A stretch of DNA of 29,546 bases from the NCBI GenBank assembly GCA_963934255.1, contig CAWVXU010000026.1, forward strand, positions 1-29,546. Reading direction: 5' to 3'. Under the pieces are notes generated by a model that worked only from the letters and a program-made list of their open reading frames with translations, had not been told where the DNA came from and searched no databases. Both the position numbers and the translations under genes were made by a program. The first letter of the stretch is position 1; every line of letters begins with the position of its first letter. The DNA comes from an uncultured Fibrobacterales bacterium. Lineage in GTDB: Bacteria > Fibrobacterota > Fibrobacteria > Fibrobacterales > CAWVXU01. Below, one piece after another: positions 1-9,801 of the stretch.

Positions 1-301
1 CAAACTGCGCTTGGTAAAAACTACCTAAAAGGTTGAGTTTGGAGCTTCCCAGGGGGAGTTGGCTTAAATTGAGGTGAAATTCACCTGAAATTTCTCGCTC
101 TTGAATCAGGTGGATGCCTTTACCTTTGATAATCAGAGAAATCGAATCAGGCAAATTGTCTTTTAAAGCCAAATTAGATGCAAGGCCTGATGCTACAAAT
201 GGAACGCTGACCTCAATGGAGTATTCTTTTTGCAGAACAACATAAAACCACAAAATAATTGCGCATAAAAGGGCTGTAACTTTTAATGTAATATTACTCA
301 T
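1..301 (-). CDS. YbbR/CdaR-like membrane-anchored protein, 5' part (runs off the window)
   Basis: Not in the ORF track. Manual translation from ATG at 301 is open to the window edge: MSNITLKVTALLCAIILWFYVVLQKEYSIEVSVPF...LPDSISLIIKGKG. The N-terminal 'LKxxALLxAIILWFYV' helix is typical of YbbR-family proteins. Confidence 0.65.
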   Translation of the reverse strand, partial: MSNITLKVTALLCAIILWFYVVLQKEYSIEVSVPFVASGLASNLALKDNLPDSISLIIKGKGIHLIQEREISGEFHLNLSQLPLGSSKLNLLGSFYQAQF

Positions 302-366
302 AGACCTAATATAGTAAATGGATAGCTTAGTCAAATTTTCTAGATTGAAACGACAAGGAGAAACAA

Positions 367-1242
367 TTGAATATAATTTGGCACTTAATTAAGGATTCAC
401 TCATCGGATGGGTGAGACATCGCAGTGTCACTTTACCGACTTTACTGACTATGGGGCTCTGCACCTTTATTCTTATCGGTGCTTTATTGATTCTGCAAAA
501 TATATGGGCATTTAGTTTTCAACAGGAAGACCGCTGGAAAGTAGAAGTATTTTTAGAAACTGGATCTGACTCTGAAATCGAGCAATGGAAAAGAGAGCTA
601 ACTAAATTACCTGCTGTTTCTGTGGTAAAATACTATTCAATTGAAGACGCATGGCGTCGCTTTCAAAAAGACTTCGGCAAAGAGCTTTTACGCGAATTAG
701 AAAGTAATCCATTGCCGGCTAGTTTTGAATTTGTCATTGATAGTAAGTGGCGAAGCTCCTATAAGATGGATCGATTATTGGCTCAACTAGAAGAATTTAA
801 ATGGATAGATGAAGTTTCAAGCTCATCTGAGACATTACAGCTTATGGAGAGCTGGGGGCTCAAGATCAAATTAGGAATGACGGTCATCATTTTATTTTTA
901 ATGCTTCTTATTTGGGTGATACTCAGAAATTCTGTACGAATGTCACTCTACTCTCGTGAATTAATCGTCGAAAACATGAAATACATCGGAGCCGAAGAGT
1001 GGGCAATTGCATTTCCATTTTTACTTGAAACCATACTTCAAAGTGCGCTTTCAGTCACTATCAGTTATGGATTTTGGTACCTCATTGGACTATTTTTAGG
1101 TCATAACCTTCCTCTCGTGTCTGAAGTGTTTACAGTGAGCTGGAGTTTATATCCTTGGATATTTGGTGCGATAGCCTGGGTGGGTATCTTGACAGCATGG
1201 CAGGCTGTTAAATTAAATCTTAGAGAAAACTGGGAAGGGTAA
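367..1242 (+). CDS. ftsX: Cell division permease FtsX
   Basis: 291 aa: one N-terminal TM, a periplasmic loop with NPLPASF, the 'RNSVRMSLYSRELIVENMKYIGA...PFLLE' FtsX signature, and C-terminal TMs. TTG start with AAGGAG upstream. Adjacent to an envC-like gene. Confidence 0.9.
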   Translation: MNIIWHLIKDSLIGWVRHRSVTLPTLLTMGLCTFILIGALLILQNIWAFSFQQEDRWKVEVFLETGSDSEIEQWKRELTKLPAVSVVKYYSIEDAWRRFQKDFGKELLRELESNPLPASFEFVIDSKWRSSYKMDRLLAQLEEFKWIDEVSSSSETLQLMESWGLKIKLGMTVIILFLMLLIWVILRNSVRMSLYSRELIVENMKYIGAEEWAIAFPFLLETILQSALSVTISYGFWYLIGLFLGHNLPLVSEVFTVSWSLYPWIFGAIAWVGILTAWQAVKLNLRENWEG

Positions 1243-2502
1243 TTGGTGGAATCTCGTTCTTTTAAATACCTGATTCTTCAAATCCTCGCCGTTGCCAGTC
1301 TCACTTTAATAATAGGTCCTCAAGATACTTGGGCTAAGAAATCAAATAAACCCACATCAGTTAAATCAAAGAAAATTGAGTTAAAAATAAAGACTCAAAA
1401 GCAGGAGCTTTCCAAGCTTCAAAAAGACTTAGATCGTCAAAGACGTAAAGTTAAAAACATGAAGCTTCAAGAAGAAGGTATTCATAGCACACTTAATTTG
1501 ATGAATCAAAGTATTCAAAGCACCCAACGGTATATTTATGAAATTCGCAAGACAGAAGATTTAATTCAGCAATCAATCAAAGCGACCAACGAAGAAATAG
1601 ATAGTTTAGATCTCGAAATCTCTAAACAAAGAAATGCCATGGGTGAAAGAGTTCGTTCTCTCTATATCAAAGGTAAACCAGAGCTCGCCGAGATGATTGT
1701 CCGAGCGTCTCAAGAAAATGACTATCAAAAGCGATGGATTTATCTCAAACGAATGGTCCAACATGATGCTCAACTTGTCAGAGAAATAACTGAGCTCAAG
1801 CAATTACGACTATCCAAAAAGCAATTGCTTGAAATGCGACAAGAAGAGACTCACATGCTCAAAAGCCAAAAGGCTCAAGAGGCATTGGAGCTTAAAGAAG
1901 CTGAAGAGAGACAAAAAATTGCCCTCAATGAGCTTCGCAATAATAAGACCTTAATAGAAAAACATCTACAAGAGCGCGAGGCTGCTCAACAAATGATGAA
2001 ACTACTTATTTTGAAATTAGTAGAACAGAAGAAAACGGCCGAAAAAGACGCAAAAGCAGCCGAATTAGCAAAAAAACGACGTAGAAATGCCAAAAAAACT
2101 TATAAAAAGGGTGATACATGTTGGCCAACCAAGGGTAAAATCGTTACTAAATTTGGGAGGCATAAAGATGGATACTTAAAGACCTTTACCCTGAATTTAG
2201 GTGTAGAGATCAAGGCTCCTGAGGGGAGGGTAGTCAAAGCAGCTAGTACAGGTAGAGTTTTAGCGGTCACTCCTTTACCTCAATATGGACAAGGAGTCAT
2301 TATCGACCACGAAAATGGTTATTTTTCAGTCTATGGTTATTTAAAAAACATTCGAGTCAAAACGGGGCAAGATGTAGAGACTTGTCAAACGATCGCTTCA
2401 GTGAGTAGTGAAGGAGCTATAAACGGTCCAAAGATTTTTTTTCAACTGTTGAAAAATCGCAAATCAGAGGATCCAATGTTATGGCTCAAACATGCAAGGT
2501 AA
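1243..2502 (+). CDS. envC: Murein hydrolase activator EnvC (coiled coil plus degenerate M23/LytM domain)
   Basis: Signal peptide, long coiled coil and C-terminal LytM-like domain (WPTKGKIVTKFG...YGQGVIIDH). The Zn-ligand positions are replaced (LNLGVEI, YGYL, KIFFQL), as in EnvC. Follows ftsX. The start may be GTG 1246. Confidence 0.85.
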   Translation: MVESRSFKYLILQILAVASLTLIIGPQDTWAKKSNKPTSVKSKKIELKIKTQKQELSKLQKDLDRQRRKVKNMKLQEEGIHSTLNLMNQSIQSTQRYIYEIRKTEDLIQQSIKATNEEIDSLDLEISKQRNAMGERVRSLYIKGKPELAEMIVRASQENDYQKRWIYLKRMVQHDAQLVREITELKQLRLSKKQLLEMRQEETHMLKSQKAQEALELKEAEERQKIALNELRNNKTLIEKHLQEREAAQQMMKLLILKLVEQKKTAEKDAKAAELAKKRRRNAKKTYKKGDTCWPTKGKIVTKFGRHKDGYLKTFTLNLGVEIKAPEGRVVKAASTGRVLAVTPLPQYGQGVIIDHENGYFSVYGYLKNIRVKTGQDVETCQTIASVSSEGAINGPKIFFQLLKNRKSEDPMLWLKHAR

Positions 2503-3613
2503 GGAAATGAGAAAATTAGCATCTCAAGCAGAGGCGCAAAGTCAACTAGAATTGGCTTTTACCAAAGGCGTATACCCTCAATCATTATTAATTGAAGGTC
2601 AAGCTGGCATAGGGAAAAAATTATTTGCCATAGATTGGGCACGACTCCTCATTTGTGAAAAGCCTCAAACTTCTGTTGAACAAAATGGTATAAGTCAATT
2701 TAAACTCTGCGGCGAATGTTTTGCATGTAGAAGTTTCAAAAAAACTGAGGCGAGTCCCCATATTCACATCATCCCTCCTCTTGGCACGATCAAAGATAAA
2801 ACCAAGAAAAAAGAAATTGTAGCGACGGCTTTGAGGATTGAACAAATTCTGGAAAACCCTTTTCATGTTCATACGATTCAATCAAATGATGATATTAAAA
2901 TTGATCAGATTAGAGAAATCCATCAAATTGCAGCTTATAAAAGAGCCGAAACACAAGTTGTCATAATCCCTGAAGCTCAAAAAATGAAAGTGGGAGCGGC
3001 CAACGCACTGCTAAAAGTTTTAGAGGAAGTTCCAGATAACATGTATTTTATCTTGACTTGTTCCAATAGATCAGGTCTACTTCCGACAATTTTATCAAGA
3101 TGTTCACGCATACATTTACCTCCCAATAGTATGCAAGAAATAATCGAAGTGATGAGTCAAACAACTGATAACCCCTTCGAGCCTCAAGTACTTGCAAGTC
3201 TTGCCGGTAATAGCATTGGAAAATGTTTCGAATTGATAGACAGTGGAGAAATTGATGCAAGAGAAAAGGCTCTGACCTATTTAGAGCATATTGCTAGTGA
3301 AACATCGTCACGTTTTTTGCTTTGGATGAAGACATCTGGAGAAATGGAATTTGATAGATCTGAAGCATTGGATTTCATCAACTCAATTGAACTCATATGG
3401 AGTGATTTCTTGGCACTTAAAAAAGGCAGCCCTGTTCGCAATATTGATTTAGAATCAAATCTATTGGAGCATGGTCTTGAAAAACAACCGATGAGCTTTT
3501 TCTTTGAACAATACCATGTATTTGAAGAAACTCGTAAAAAAATTGGATCCAATGCACATGTGGCCAACATACTCGTGACCTTGGGATTGAAAATAAAAGG
3601 GGCCCTCGTTTGA
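2492..3613 (+). CDS. holB: DNA polymerase III subunit delta'
   Basis: GQAGIGKK P-loop-like motif, Zn module C...CGECFAC, 'AANALLKVLEE' and 'LLPTILSRC'. The start may be ATG 2507. Confidence 0.9.
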   Translation: MQGKEMRKLASQAEAQSQLELAFTKGVYPQSLLIEGQAGIGKKLFAIDWARLLICEKPQTSVEQNGISQFKLCGECFACRSFKKTEASPHIHIIPPLGTIKDKTKKKEIVATALRIEQILENPFHVHTIQSNDDIKIDQIREIHQIAAYKRAETQVVIIPEAQKMKVGAANALLKVLEEVPDNMYFILTCSNRSGLLPTILSRCSRIHLPPNSMQEIIEVMSQTTDNPFEPQVLASLAGNSIGKCFELIDSGEIDAREKALTYLEHIASETSSRFLLWMKTSGEMEFDRSEALDFINSIELIWSDFLALKKGSPVRNIDLESNLLEHGLEKQPMSFFFEQYHVFEETRKKIGSNAHVANILVTLGLKIKGALV

Positions 3614-5358
3614 GCGAATTATTTTCCAAAATAATCAAACCAAAAACAGTAGAATGCTCATCTAAAATAGAAGAGTATTCAACTCAAATGAAATCGCCAG
3701 AATGGGTAGCAGAGCTTCTTTTTCAAAAAGATTGTAAAGATACCGAGTCTGCCCGCCAATTTTTTAAACCTCAAGGCCGTGGAATTCACGATGCGATGGA
3801 TATGGCTGGTCTTCCGGAATTTGTTGAAGAACTTGCTACCATGGATATGGACAACACCAAGATTGCTGTTCATGGTGATTACGATGTGGATGGGATTACA
3901 GGAACTGCACTGATGTGCTCAGGCCTTGAACTCGCAGGCTTCAAACAAGTTCAAAAGTTTCTACCTAATCGATTTCTAGAAGGTTATGGAGTGACACCTA
4001 ATACAATTGATAAATTTCATGCAGATGGAGTCAATTGGATTATCACAGTTGATACGGGCATAACAGCTCTTGAAGAAATTAAGTACGCCAAATCTTTAGG
4101 GATGAAGGTAGCTGTGGTGGATCATCATCAACAAGGCGATGAACTGCCGGAAGCTGATTATATACTCAATCCTCAACAAAGAGCTTGCTCATACCCCAAT
4201 CCATTTTTATGTGCAGCAGGCGTTTCTTACAAATTAATTGAAGCACTTTGGGTTAGGGTTCATAAAGATAAAGCCAAAGGGAGCCCTAAGCTTAACCCTG
4301 AACAACTCCTTGACTTATTTACTTTAGGGACACTTGCCGACATGATGCCGGTGGGTGGAGAAAACAGAACTCTTTTAAAAAAGGGGTTGCAGATTTTGAG
4401 AAACTCTCCCCGTCCTGGGATTCAGGCTTTGATCCAAACGGCCAAAATTGAGGCTCCCGAATTAAGGTCTCAAGATGTTTTGTTTAGATTAACACCCATG
4501 CTTAACTCAAGTGGGAGGATGGGGGATCCTACTTTGGCACTTGATCTACTACTTGCAACTAATGAACAAGATGCCGCGCTCAAAATTGAAAAAATCACTA
4601 AAACAAATATTGAACGTCGCGCCATCGAAGATGAAATATGGCAAAAAGCCCTAGTCGCTAAAGAAGAATTAGAGCTTGCTGAAGGTCCACAAGAAGTTTT
4701 AGTGTTGGCCGACAAAACATGGCACCAAGGGGTGATTGGAATTGTTGCCGCCAAACTCGTGGAAAAATTTGCTGTTCCAGTTGCAGTATGTGCTATAGAT
4801 AAAGAAGGAACCCTCAAAGGGTCTTGTCGCACGCCACCTGGGTATAATTGGCATAAAGCATTAGGTGGCCAAAGTGATTTGCTGGGCAAATGGGGTGGGC
4901 ACGCTTGTGCCGCCGGATTTAGCCTAGATGTGGTCAATGTTTCAGCTTTTAGAACACGTTTAAATACTGCTGCCAAAGAGCTCAATAGAAAAGTATATGA
5001 TACCGAAGAAATCAAGACACATGTGCATATTTCTATTAATAAGATTAATCCTGACACGCTCAAATGGTTATATTGGTTTGAGCCATTTGGAAATGGTAAT
5101 GAAAGTCCCGTGTTCTATGATGAGGGAGTTTTGGTGGGTCGTGAATGCCGCGTAGTTGGTAAGAAACACCTTAAAATAAGAGTTAAAAAAGGCAATCGCC
5201 AGTATGACGCCATCGCTTTTGGCATGGGCCATTTGGCAGATACCTTAAAAGGTTCCAAAAAGAAACTAAAAGTTGCCTATATTCCTTCATGGAATTATTT
5301 TCGCAACCAAAAAAACATTCAATTACAAATCATGGGGATAGAATATGACGACCAATAA
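3610..5358 (+). CDS. recJ: Single-stranded-DNA-specific exonuclease RecJ
   Basis: GDYDVDG, ITVDTG, DHH, GTLAD, GGHACAAG and EPFGNGN motifs of the DHH/DHHA1 family. The TTG start overlaps the holB stop. Confidence 0.96.
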   Translation: MSELFSKIIKPKTVECSSKIEEYSTQMKSPEWVAELLFQKDCKDTESARQFFKPQGRGIHDAMDMAGLPEFVEELATMDMDNTKIAVHGDYDVDGITGTALMCSGLELAGFKQVQKFLPNRFLEGYGVTPNTIDKFHADGVNWIITVDTGITALEEIKYAKSLGMKVAVVDHHQQGDELPEADYILNPQQRACSYPNPFLCAAGVSYKLIEALWVRVHKDKAKGSPKLNPEQLLDLFTLGTLADMMPVGGENRTLLKKGLQILRNSPRPGIQALIQTAKIEAPELRSQDVLFRLTPMLNSSGRMGDPTLALDLLLATNEQDAALKIEKITKTNIERRAIEDEIWQKALVAKEELELAEGPQEVLVLADKTWHQGVIGIVAAKLVEKFAVPVAVCAIDKEGTLKGSCRTPPGYNWHKALGGQSDLLGKWGGHACAAGFSLDVVNVSAFRTRLNTAAKELNRKVYDTEEIKTHVHISINKINPDTLKWLYWFEPFGNGNESPVFYDEGVLVGRECRVVGKKHLKIRVKKGNRQYDAIAFGMGHLADTLKGSKKKLKVAYIPSWNYFRNQKNIQLQIMGIEYDDQ

Positions 5359-6730
5359 AAATAAAATGTGGGACGGCCGCTTTGCGACAGGAATGTCTTC
5401 TAGTATGGAAAAACTTTCTATTTGTCTTCATTATGACCGCAAATTACTCTCCGAAGATGTACAGGGTTCAATTGCTCATACGCTGGGGCTTGTCCAATCC
5501 GAAGTGCTGACTGCTGAAGAACAAGAGACGATTGCCACAGGACTGCTTAATATCCAAAAAGATATCGAGTCGGGAGCTGATTTGTATGAAGCGACAGATG
5601 AAGATATCCACATGGCGCTTGAGCGTATTTTAACAGAACGCATCGGTGATTTGGGTAAAAAAATGCACACAGGTCGTTCGAGAAACGATCAAATTGCAAC
5701 TGATTTTAAGCTTTATATGACAAATCGCGCTCTAGGCGTTATTGAGCTGATCAAACGACTACAGAGTACGATATTAGAAGTATCTCAAACTCATCAAGAA
5801 CAAATTATGCCGGGTTATACTCATGTTCAACAAGCACAACCTATCTTATTTGCCCATTATCTGATGTCATTTTTCTTTGTATTACAAAGAGACATTAATC
5901 GTCTAGAGGCTTTTGTTAAAAATAATAATCAAATGCCTCTAGGTTCAGGTGCCATGGCTGGGTCTGCTTTCCCTTATGAGAGACAATTAGTTGCAGATCA
6001 ACTTGGCTTTCCAGAAGTCAGCCCTAACTCTATTGACGCTATCTCACACCGGGATATCGCTTTAGAATTTGCCAATGACCTCGCTATTATTGGATCTACT
6101 TTGAGTCGTTATGCAGAGGATTTTGTCACCTGGTCAACAGTTGAATTTGGCTTTTTATCACTGCATGATGCTTTTTCTAGTGGCTCCTCAATGATGCCTC
6201 AAAAGAAGAACCCTGACTCAATGGAAATTGTTCGAGGCAAAGCCGGCCGTCTACTCGGTAATTACACAGCACTTTTTACTGTGATAAAGGGCGCCCCATT
6301 GACCTATTCTCGTGATCTTCAAGAGGATAAAGAGCCGATATTTGACTCAGTCGAAACTGTAGAAGTCATTTTACAGGTGATGCAAGAAGCCATCATGACA
6401 GCGACCTGGAATTTTGCCACGATGCGCTCTAAAATGTTGCCTGCCCTTTTAGCGACTGATTTGGCCGATTATTTGGTAGAAGAGGGGATTGCGTTTAGAG
6501 ATGCACATCATATTGTAGGTTCTCTTGTGGGCCAAGCGACCCGAGAAAACAAAGAATTCCTTGATCTGGACTATGCCGCATGGAGCGAAGTACCTAATCA
6601 AGAGGAAATCAGAGCCAAACTGACCTTTGAAAATGCTGTCAAAAGACGCGACCTTGAAGGTGGAACTGGACCCAATAGTTTGGCTGCACAATTAAAATTA
6701 GCCCTAGAATTACTCCAAGGTAAAGACTAA
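5345..6730 (+). CDS. argH: Argininosuccinate lyase
   Basis: MWDGRF N-terminus, HTGRSRNDQ, MPGYTH and the GSSMMPQKKNPD signature. Confidence 0.97.
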   Translation: MTTNKNKMWDGRFATGMSSSMEKLSICLHYDRKLLSEDVQGSIAHTLGLVQSEVLTAEEQETIATGLLNIQKDIESGADLYEATDEDIHMALERILTERIGDLGKKMHTGRSRNDQIATDFKLYMTNRALGVIELIKRLQSTILEVSQTHQEQIMPGYTHVQQAQPILFAHYLMSFFFVLQRDINRLEAFVKNNNQMPLGSGAMAGSAFPYERQLVADQLGFPEVSPNSIDAISHRDIALEFANDLAIIGSTLSRYAEDFVTWSTVEFGFLSLHDAFSSGSSMMPQKKNPDSMEIVRGKAGRLLGNYTALFTVIKGAPLTYSRDLQEDKEPIFDSVETVEVILQVMQEAIMTATWNFATMRSKMLPALLATDLADYLVEEGIAFRDAHHIVGSLVGQATRENKEFLDLDYAAWSEVPNQEEIRAKLTFENAVKRRDLEGGTGPNSLAAQLKLALELLQGKD

Positions 6731-6762
6731 TCATCTGCTTTAAGTAGACAATGGTCTTAAAC

Positions 6763-6807
6763 TTGGCTAAATTCTCACCGAATGTAGAGTTGAGTAGACT
6801 CAAGGAG
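6763..6807 (+). promoter_or_regulatory. Putative accD promoter with overlapping inverted repeat and Shine-Dalgarno
   Basis: TTGGCT (6763-68), 16 nt, TAGAGT (6785-90); inverted repeat TTGAGT-AG-ACTCAA (6790-6803); AAGGAG (6802-07). Confidence 0.4.
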
Positions 6808-6814
6808 ATATTAT

Positions 6815-7654
6815 ATGCTGTGGTTTTCAAAATCCAAAACAGGTGTTGCAACATCAACCAAAAAAGATGTTCCCGCTAACCTTTGGGTCAAATGTGAGAG
6901 CTGTAAAGAAGTTATTTATCGCAAAGAATTAGAAGCGAACTTCTCAATTTGTAATCACTGTGGTTTTCACTTTAAGGTGATTGCTCCCGAATATGTTAAA
7001 CTTTTACTTGACGAAGGTACTTTTGAAGAGATGGACATCAATCTTGAATCTTCAGATCCTCTCAAATTTGCTGCCAAAAAGAAATATACTGCATCTCTTA
7101 AAGGCGCTGAAGCTCGCACTGATAGAAAAAACGGTGTTATTTCAGGCATGGGTAAAATGCATAATCGTCCGGTTTCACTAGCTGTCATGGACTTTAGATT
7201 TGTGGGTGGATCACTTGGTTCAGTTGAGGGCGAGAAAATCACTCGTGCACTCAAGCGTGCTTACGAACAAAAAGTTCCTTGTATTGTGATTTCTGCATCA
7301 GGTGGTGCTCGTATGCAAGAAGGAGCTTTGTCATTAATGCAAATGGCCAAAACTTCAGCTTGGATTGCCAAGCTTGATAAAGAGTCAATTCCATTTATCA
7401 GTATTTTGACCAATCCAACTACAGGTGGAGTAACTGCTTCTTACGCGATGCTTGGTGATGTAAATATTGCAGAACCTGGAGCTCTTATTGGCTTTGCTGG
7501 TGAGCGTGTGATTCGTGAGACGATTCGTCAAAACTTACCTGAAGGCTTCCAAAGGGCTGAATTCTTAAAAGAGCATGGTTTTGTTGATAAAATTTATCCT
7601 CGCGATCAACTTAAAAATGGAATCTCATTGATTCTTGAACACATGATGGGTTAA
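6815..7654 (+). CDS. accD: Acetyl-CoA carboxylase carboxyltransferase beta subunit
   Basis: LWVKC..C...C..C zinc finger, SGGARMQEG, PTTGGVTAS, IGFAG.RVI and FQRAEFL. Confidence 0.97.
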   Translation: MLWFSKSKTGVATSTKKDVPANLWVKCESCKEVIYRKELEANFSICNHCGFHFKVIAPEYVKLLLDEGTFEEMDINLESSDPLKFAAKKKYTASLKGAEARTDRKNGVISGMGKMHNRPVSLAVMDFRFVGGSLGSVEGEKITRALKRAYEQKVPCIVISASGGARMQEGALSLMQMAKTSAWIAKLDKESIPFISILTNPTTGGVTASYAMLGDVNIAEPGALIGFAGERVIRETIRQNLPEGFQRAEFLKEHGFVDKIYPRDQLKNGISLILEHMMG

Positions 7655-7735
7655 ATTGACTTTGATAATGTTGATGATTTTTGAAATATCAAAATAATTT
7701 TGTTAATTCATAATCGAAATTTAAAGGGAAATGCC

Positions 7736-8872
7736 ATGTTACAATTGCACAAATTGAAACAAGCATTTCTCTTTTTGTTTATAAGCCTGTACCTCTTGAT
7801 GGGTTTGGCGAGTTGTTTTCATTCTGTAGAAAAGACCTCACCGAAAAATAACGGCCTAAATCATATTCACCTCCCCATAGATTCTATAGATTCAAATTCC
7901 TACATCGGCCATAAGGTTTACTTTGATGGAGTAGATCATATCTTAATTCAAAATAATGAAATTATCATGAATAGATATAGTGCTCGCAATCTTGATGACA
8001 TTACTGAAAGCTACTATCCAGGTGCACCTGTTTTTGCGCGTGGTCAAGTTGGGGTTAAAATACGATTAAAAACAAACTCCAGAAATGTTCGTTTTAGAGT
8101 GTCGCAACGCCGAGATGGATTGGATATACCTTTGAAGGACCTACGATTGGTGGTTTTTGAGAATGGAGTATTAAGTCAAAGTTATACATCTCAACTAGAT
8201 ATTCAATATGAAGTGAAGTTAAAAGCTGATACCAATTTAATTGAATTATATCTGCCATCACTTTATGGCATCAATTTAAAAAACATTCAAATTGATTCTG
8301 GCTCCTCAACTTTCACAGATCAATCAAGTGATTCTACTTTGGTAATTATTGGTGATTCTAATGCGGCGGGTTATGCTAATACTCAAGCGACCAATAATCA
8401 GCTTTGGGGGGATTATTTATCTCGATTAAAAGGTTGGAACCTATATAATTTAGGGCTGGTAGGTTCTCAGGTATCTATGTTGGTGACTCATAGTTTAGGC
8501 TTTAAAAAAATTGATCAAGTACTGATTATGTATGGAACAAATAGTTATCACATGCAGATGGAATTAGAAAAATTTCGATTTTTATATGCGGAGCTTCTTG
8601 AATCAATTAACGAGTATCAACCTACGAGCGAAATAATTTGTATTACTCCGATAGCATTCAATTTAAACATCCAAGAAAGGCACATTGATCCAATCGATTA
8701 TACGCTCGAGGATTATCGAATTATTATTCGGGAAGAATGTAACAAAACAAATCAAGCCTCTGTCTTTGAAGGTGGTCAATTAATTAATATTCATAAATTG
8801 GCAGATGACCAAGTACATATTTCTCCGAGCTTACATGATGATTTTGCCCGGTGGATAAATGATCATATCTAA
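7736..8872 (+). CDS. SGNH/GDSL hydrolase-family lipoprotein
   Basis: Start re-called to ATG 7736 (AAGGGA upstream). Signal peptide ends in lipobox LASC. SGNH blocks GDS, NLG..G, GTN and DQVH follow a beta-rich N-terminal domain. Confidence 0.85.
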   Translation: MLQLHKLKQAFLFLFISLYLLMGLASCFHSVEKTSPKNNGLNHIHLPIDSIDSNSYIGHKVYFDGVDHILIQNNEIIMNRYSARNLDDITESYYPGAPVFARGQVGVKIRLKTNSRNVRFRVSQRRDGLDIPLKDLRLVVFENGVLSQSYTSQLDIQYEVKLKADTNLIELYLPSLYGINLKNIQIDSGSSTFTDQSSDSTLVIIGDSNAAGYANTQATNNQLWGDYLSRLKGWNLYNLGLVGSQVSMLVTHSLGFKKIDQVLIMYGTNSYHMQMELEKFRFLYAELLESINEYQPTSEIICITPIAFNLNIQERHIDPIDYTLEDYRIIIREECNKTNQASVFEGGQLINIHKLADDQVHISPSLHDDFARWINDHI

Positions 8873-8890
8873 TGGTGGAGTGTGTTATAA

Positions 8891-9262
8891 TTGCAAAAAT
8901 TGATTCAAATATTTCTCCTATCAATGTCAATGTTGATAGTGGTTCAATGTGATTTACTAGATGAAAATGATTCAATAAAAAAACCAAAAGAGACTCTGCT
9001 GGAGCCTAACCCCATAGTCGAGTAAGAGTTTTTCGAGATTCAGGAAGAAATTATTTCGCCCACGATGACAAGATATTGAATTTGATACAAGTAGTGTAGA
9101 ATTCCAGTTATATGAAAATGGAGAATTCCCTCAACTGAATCGGTCAAGGTTGGTTTGTTTTTCAATTTAAATTCAAATTTAGATACGAACAGAATTGAAA
9201 TTTATTTCCCAATATATCAGGCGGTTAGTTTAGAAAATATTGAATTATATTCAGCTTCATAA
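8891..9262 (+). pseudogene. Fragmented paralog of the upstream SGNH lipoprotein N-terminal region
   Basis: Fragments separated by stops and frameshifts: a signal-like piece ending VVQC; DIEF...FQLYENG (cf. DIPL...VVFENG); DTNRIEIYFPIYQAVSLENIEL (cf. DTNLIELYLPSLYGINLKNIQI). Confidence 0.7.
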
Positions 9263-9285
9263 ATGAATACTCAAATGACTTAAAA

Positions 9286-9708
9286 TTAAAGGCTGAGCTT
9301 TTTCTCTAGAGTCACCGTCTTGGCTAAATGGTACTCATGCCCTTGGTAAAATTTAATAATATCGTGATGATTTGAATTCACTTGAAGTCTGATTTTGTTA
9401 CAGCCTAAGTGGAGAAGCTCCGTCTCTAAAGCCTGAGTCAATTTAGAGGCAACCCCCAAACGACGAAACTGAGGCCAAACGGCTAGGTAATGCATCCAAC
9501 CATGGTCACCATCGAAACTACCGATAATAACACCTGCTAGAGTTGTTTCAGTGCGAGCGACGAGGAAAAGGTTGCGTTGAGTATGAATATTGTTTTGAAG
9601 TTCGTGATCAGGGTCCTTAAATGAGGTTTCTTCTGGAAACACTTCAGACCAAAGAACGTTAACTTCTGATGCATCCATTTTAGTATAAGGGCGGATTTCC
9701 ACTATCAT
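9286..9708 (-). CDS. GNAT family N-acetyltransferase (YpeA-like)
   Basis: LFLVA...GSFDGDHGWMHYLAV.PQFRRLGVA acetyl-CoA motif A. Start re-called to ATG 9708 (MIVEIRPY), preceded by GAGGT; the track start at 9795 is probably too far upstream. Confidence 0.88.
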   Translation of the reverse strand: MIVEIRPYTKMDASEVNVLWSEVFPEETSFKDPDHELQNNIHTQRNLFLVARTETTLAGVIIGSFDGDHGWMHYLAVWPQFRRLGVASKLTQALETELLHLGCNKIRLQVNSNHHDIIKFYQGHEYHLAKTVTLEKKLSL

Positions 9709-9801
9709 TACCTCGTAAATATTAATTCTTACCATTTTAACATATATTTTAATTCTAAAAGAAGCAACTCTCCATTTTAAGGCAAAAAAGGTCAAGTCAG
9801 C

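Noticed and set aside
72..86. Palindrome AGGTGAA-A-TTCACCT
   Set aside because: It lies inside the ybbR-like coding frame, has no T tract, and I saw no second copy.
4470..5063. 197-aa antisense ORF inside recJ, and other short shadow ORFs inside envC, holB, argH, accD, alaS, rpsB, tsf, frr, dxr and rseP
   Set aside because: They lie within or across well-supported genes and have no recognisable motifs. They are expected by-products of codon bias.
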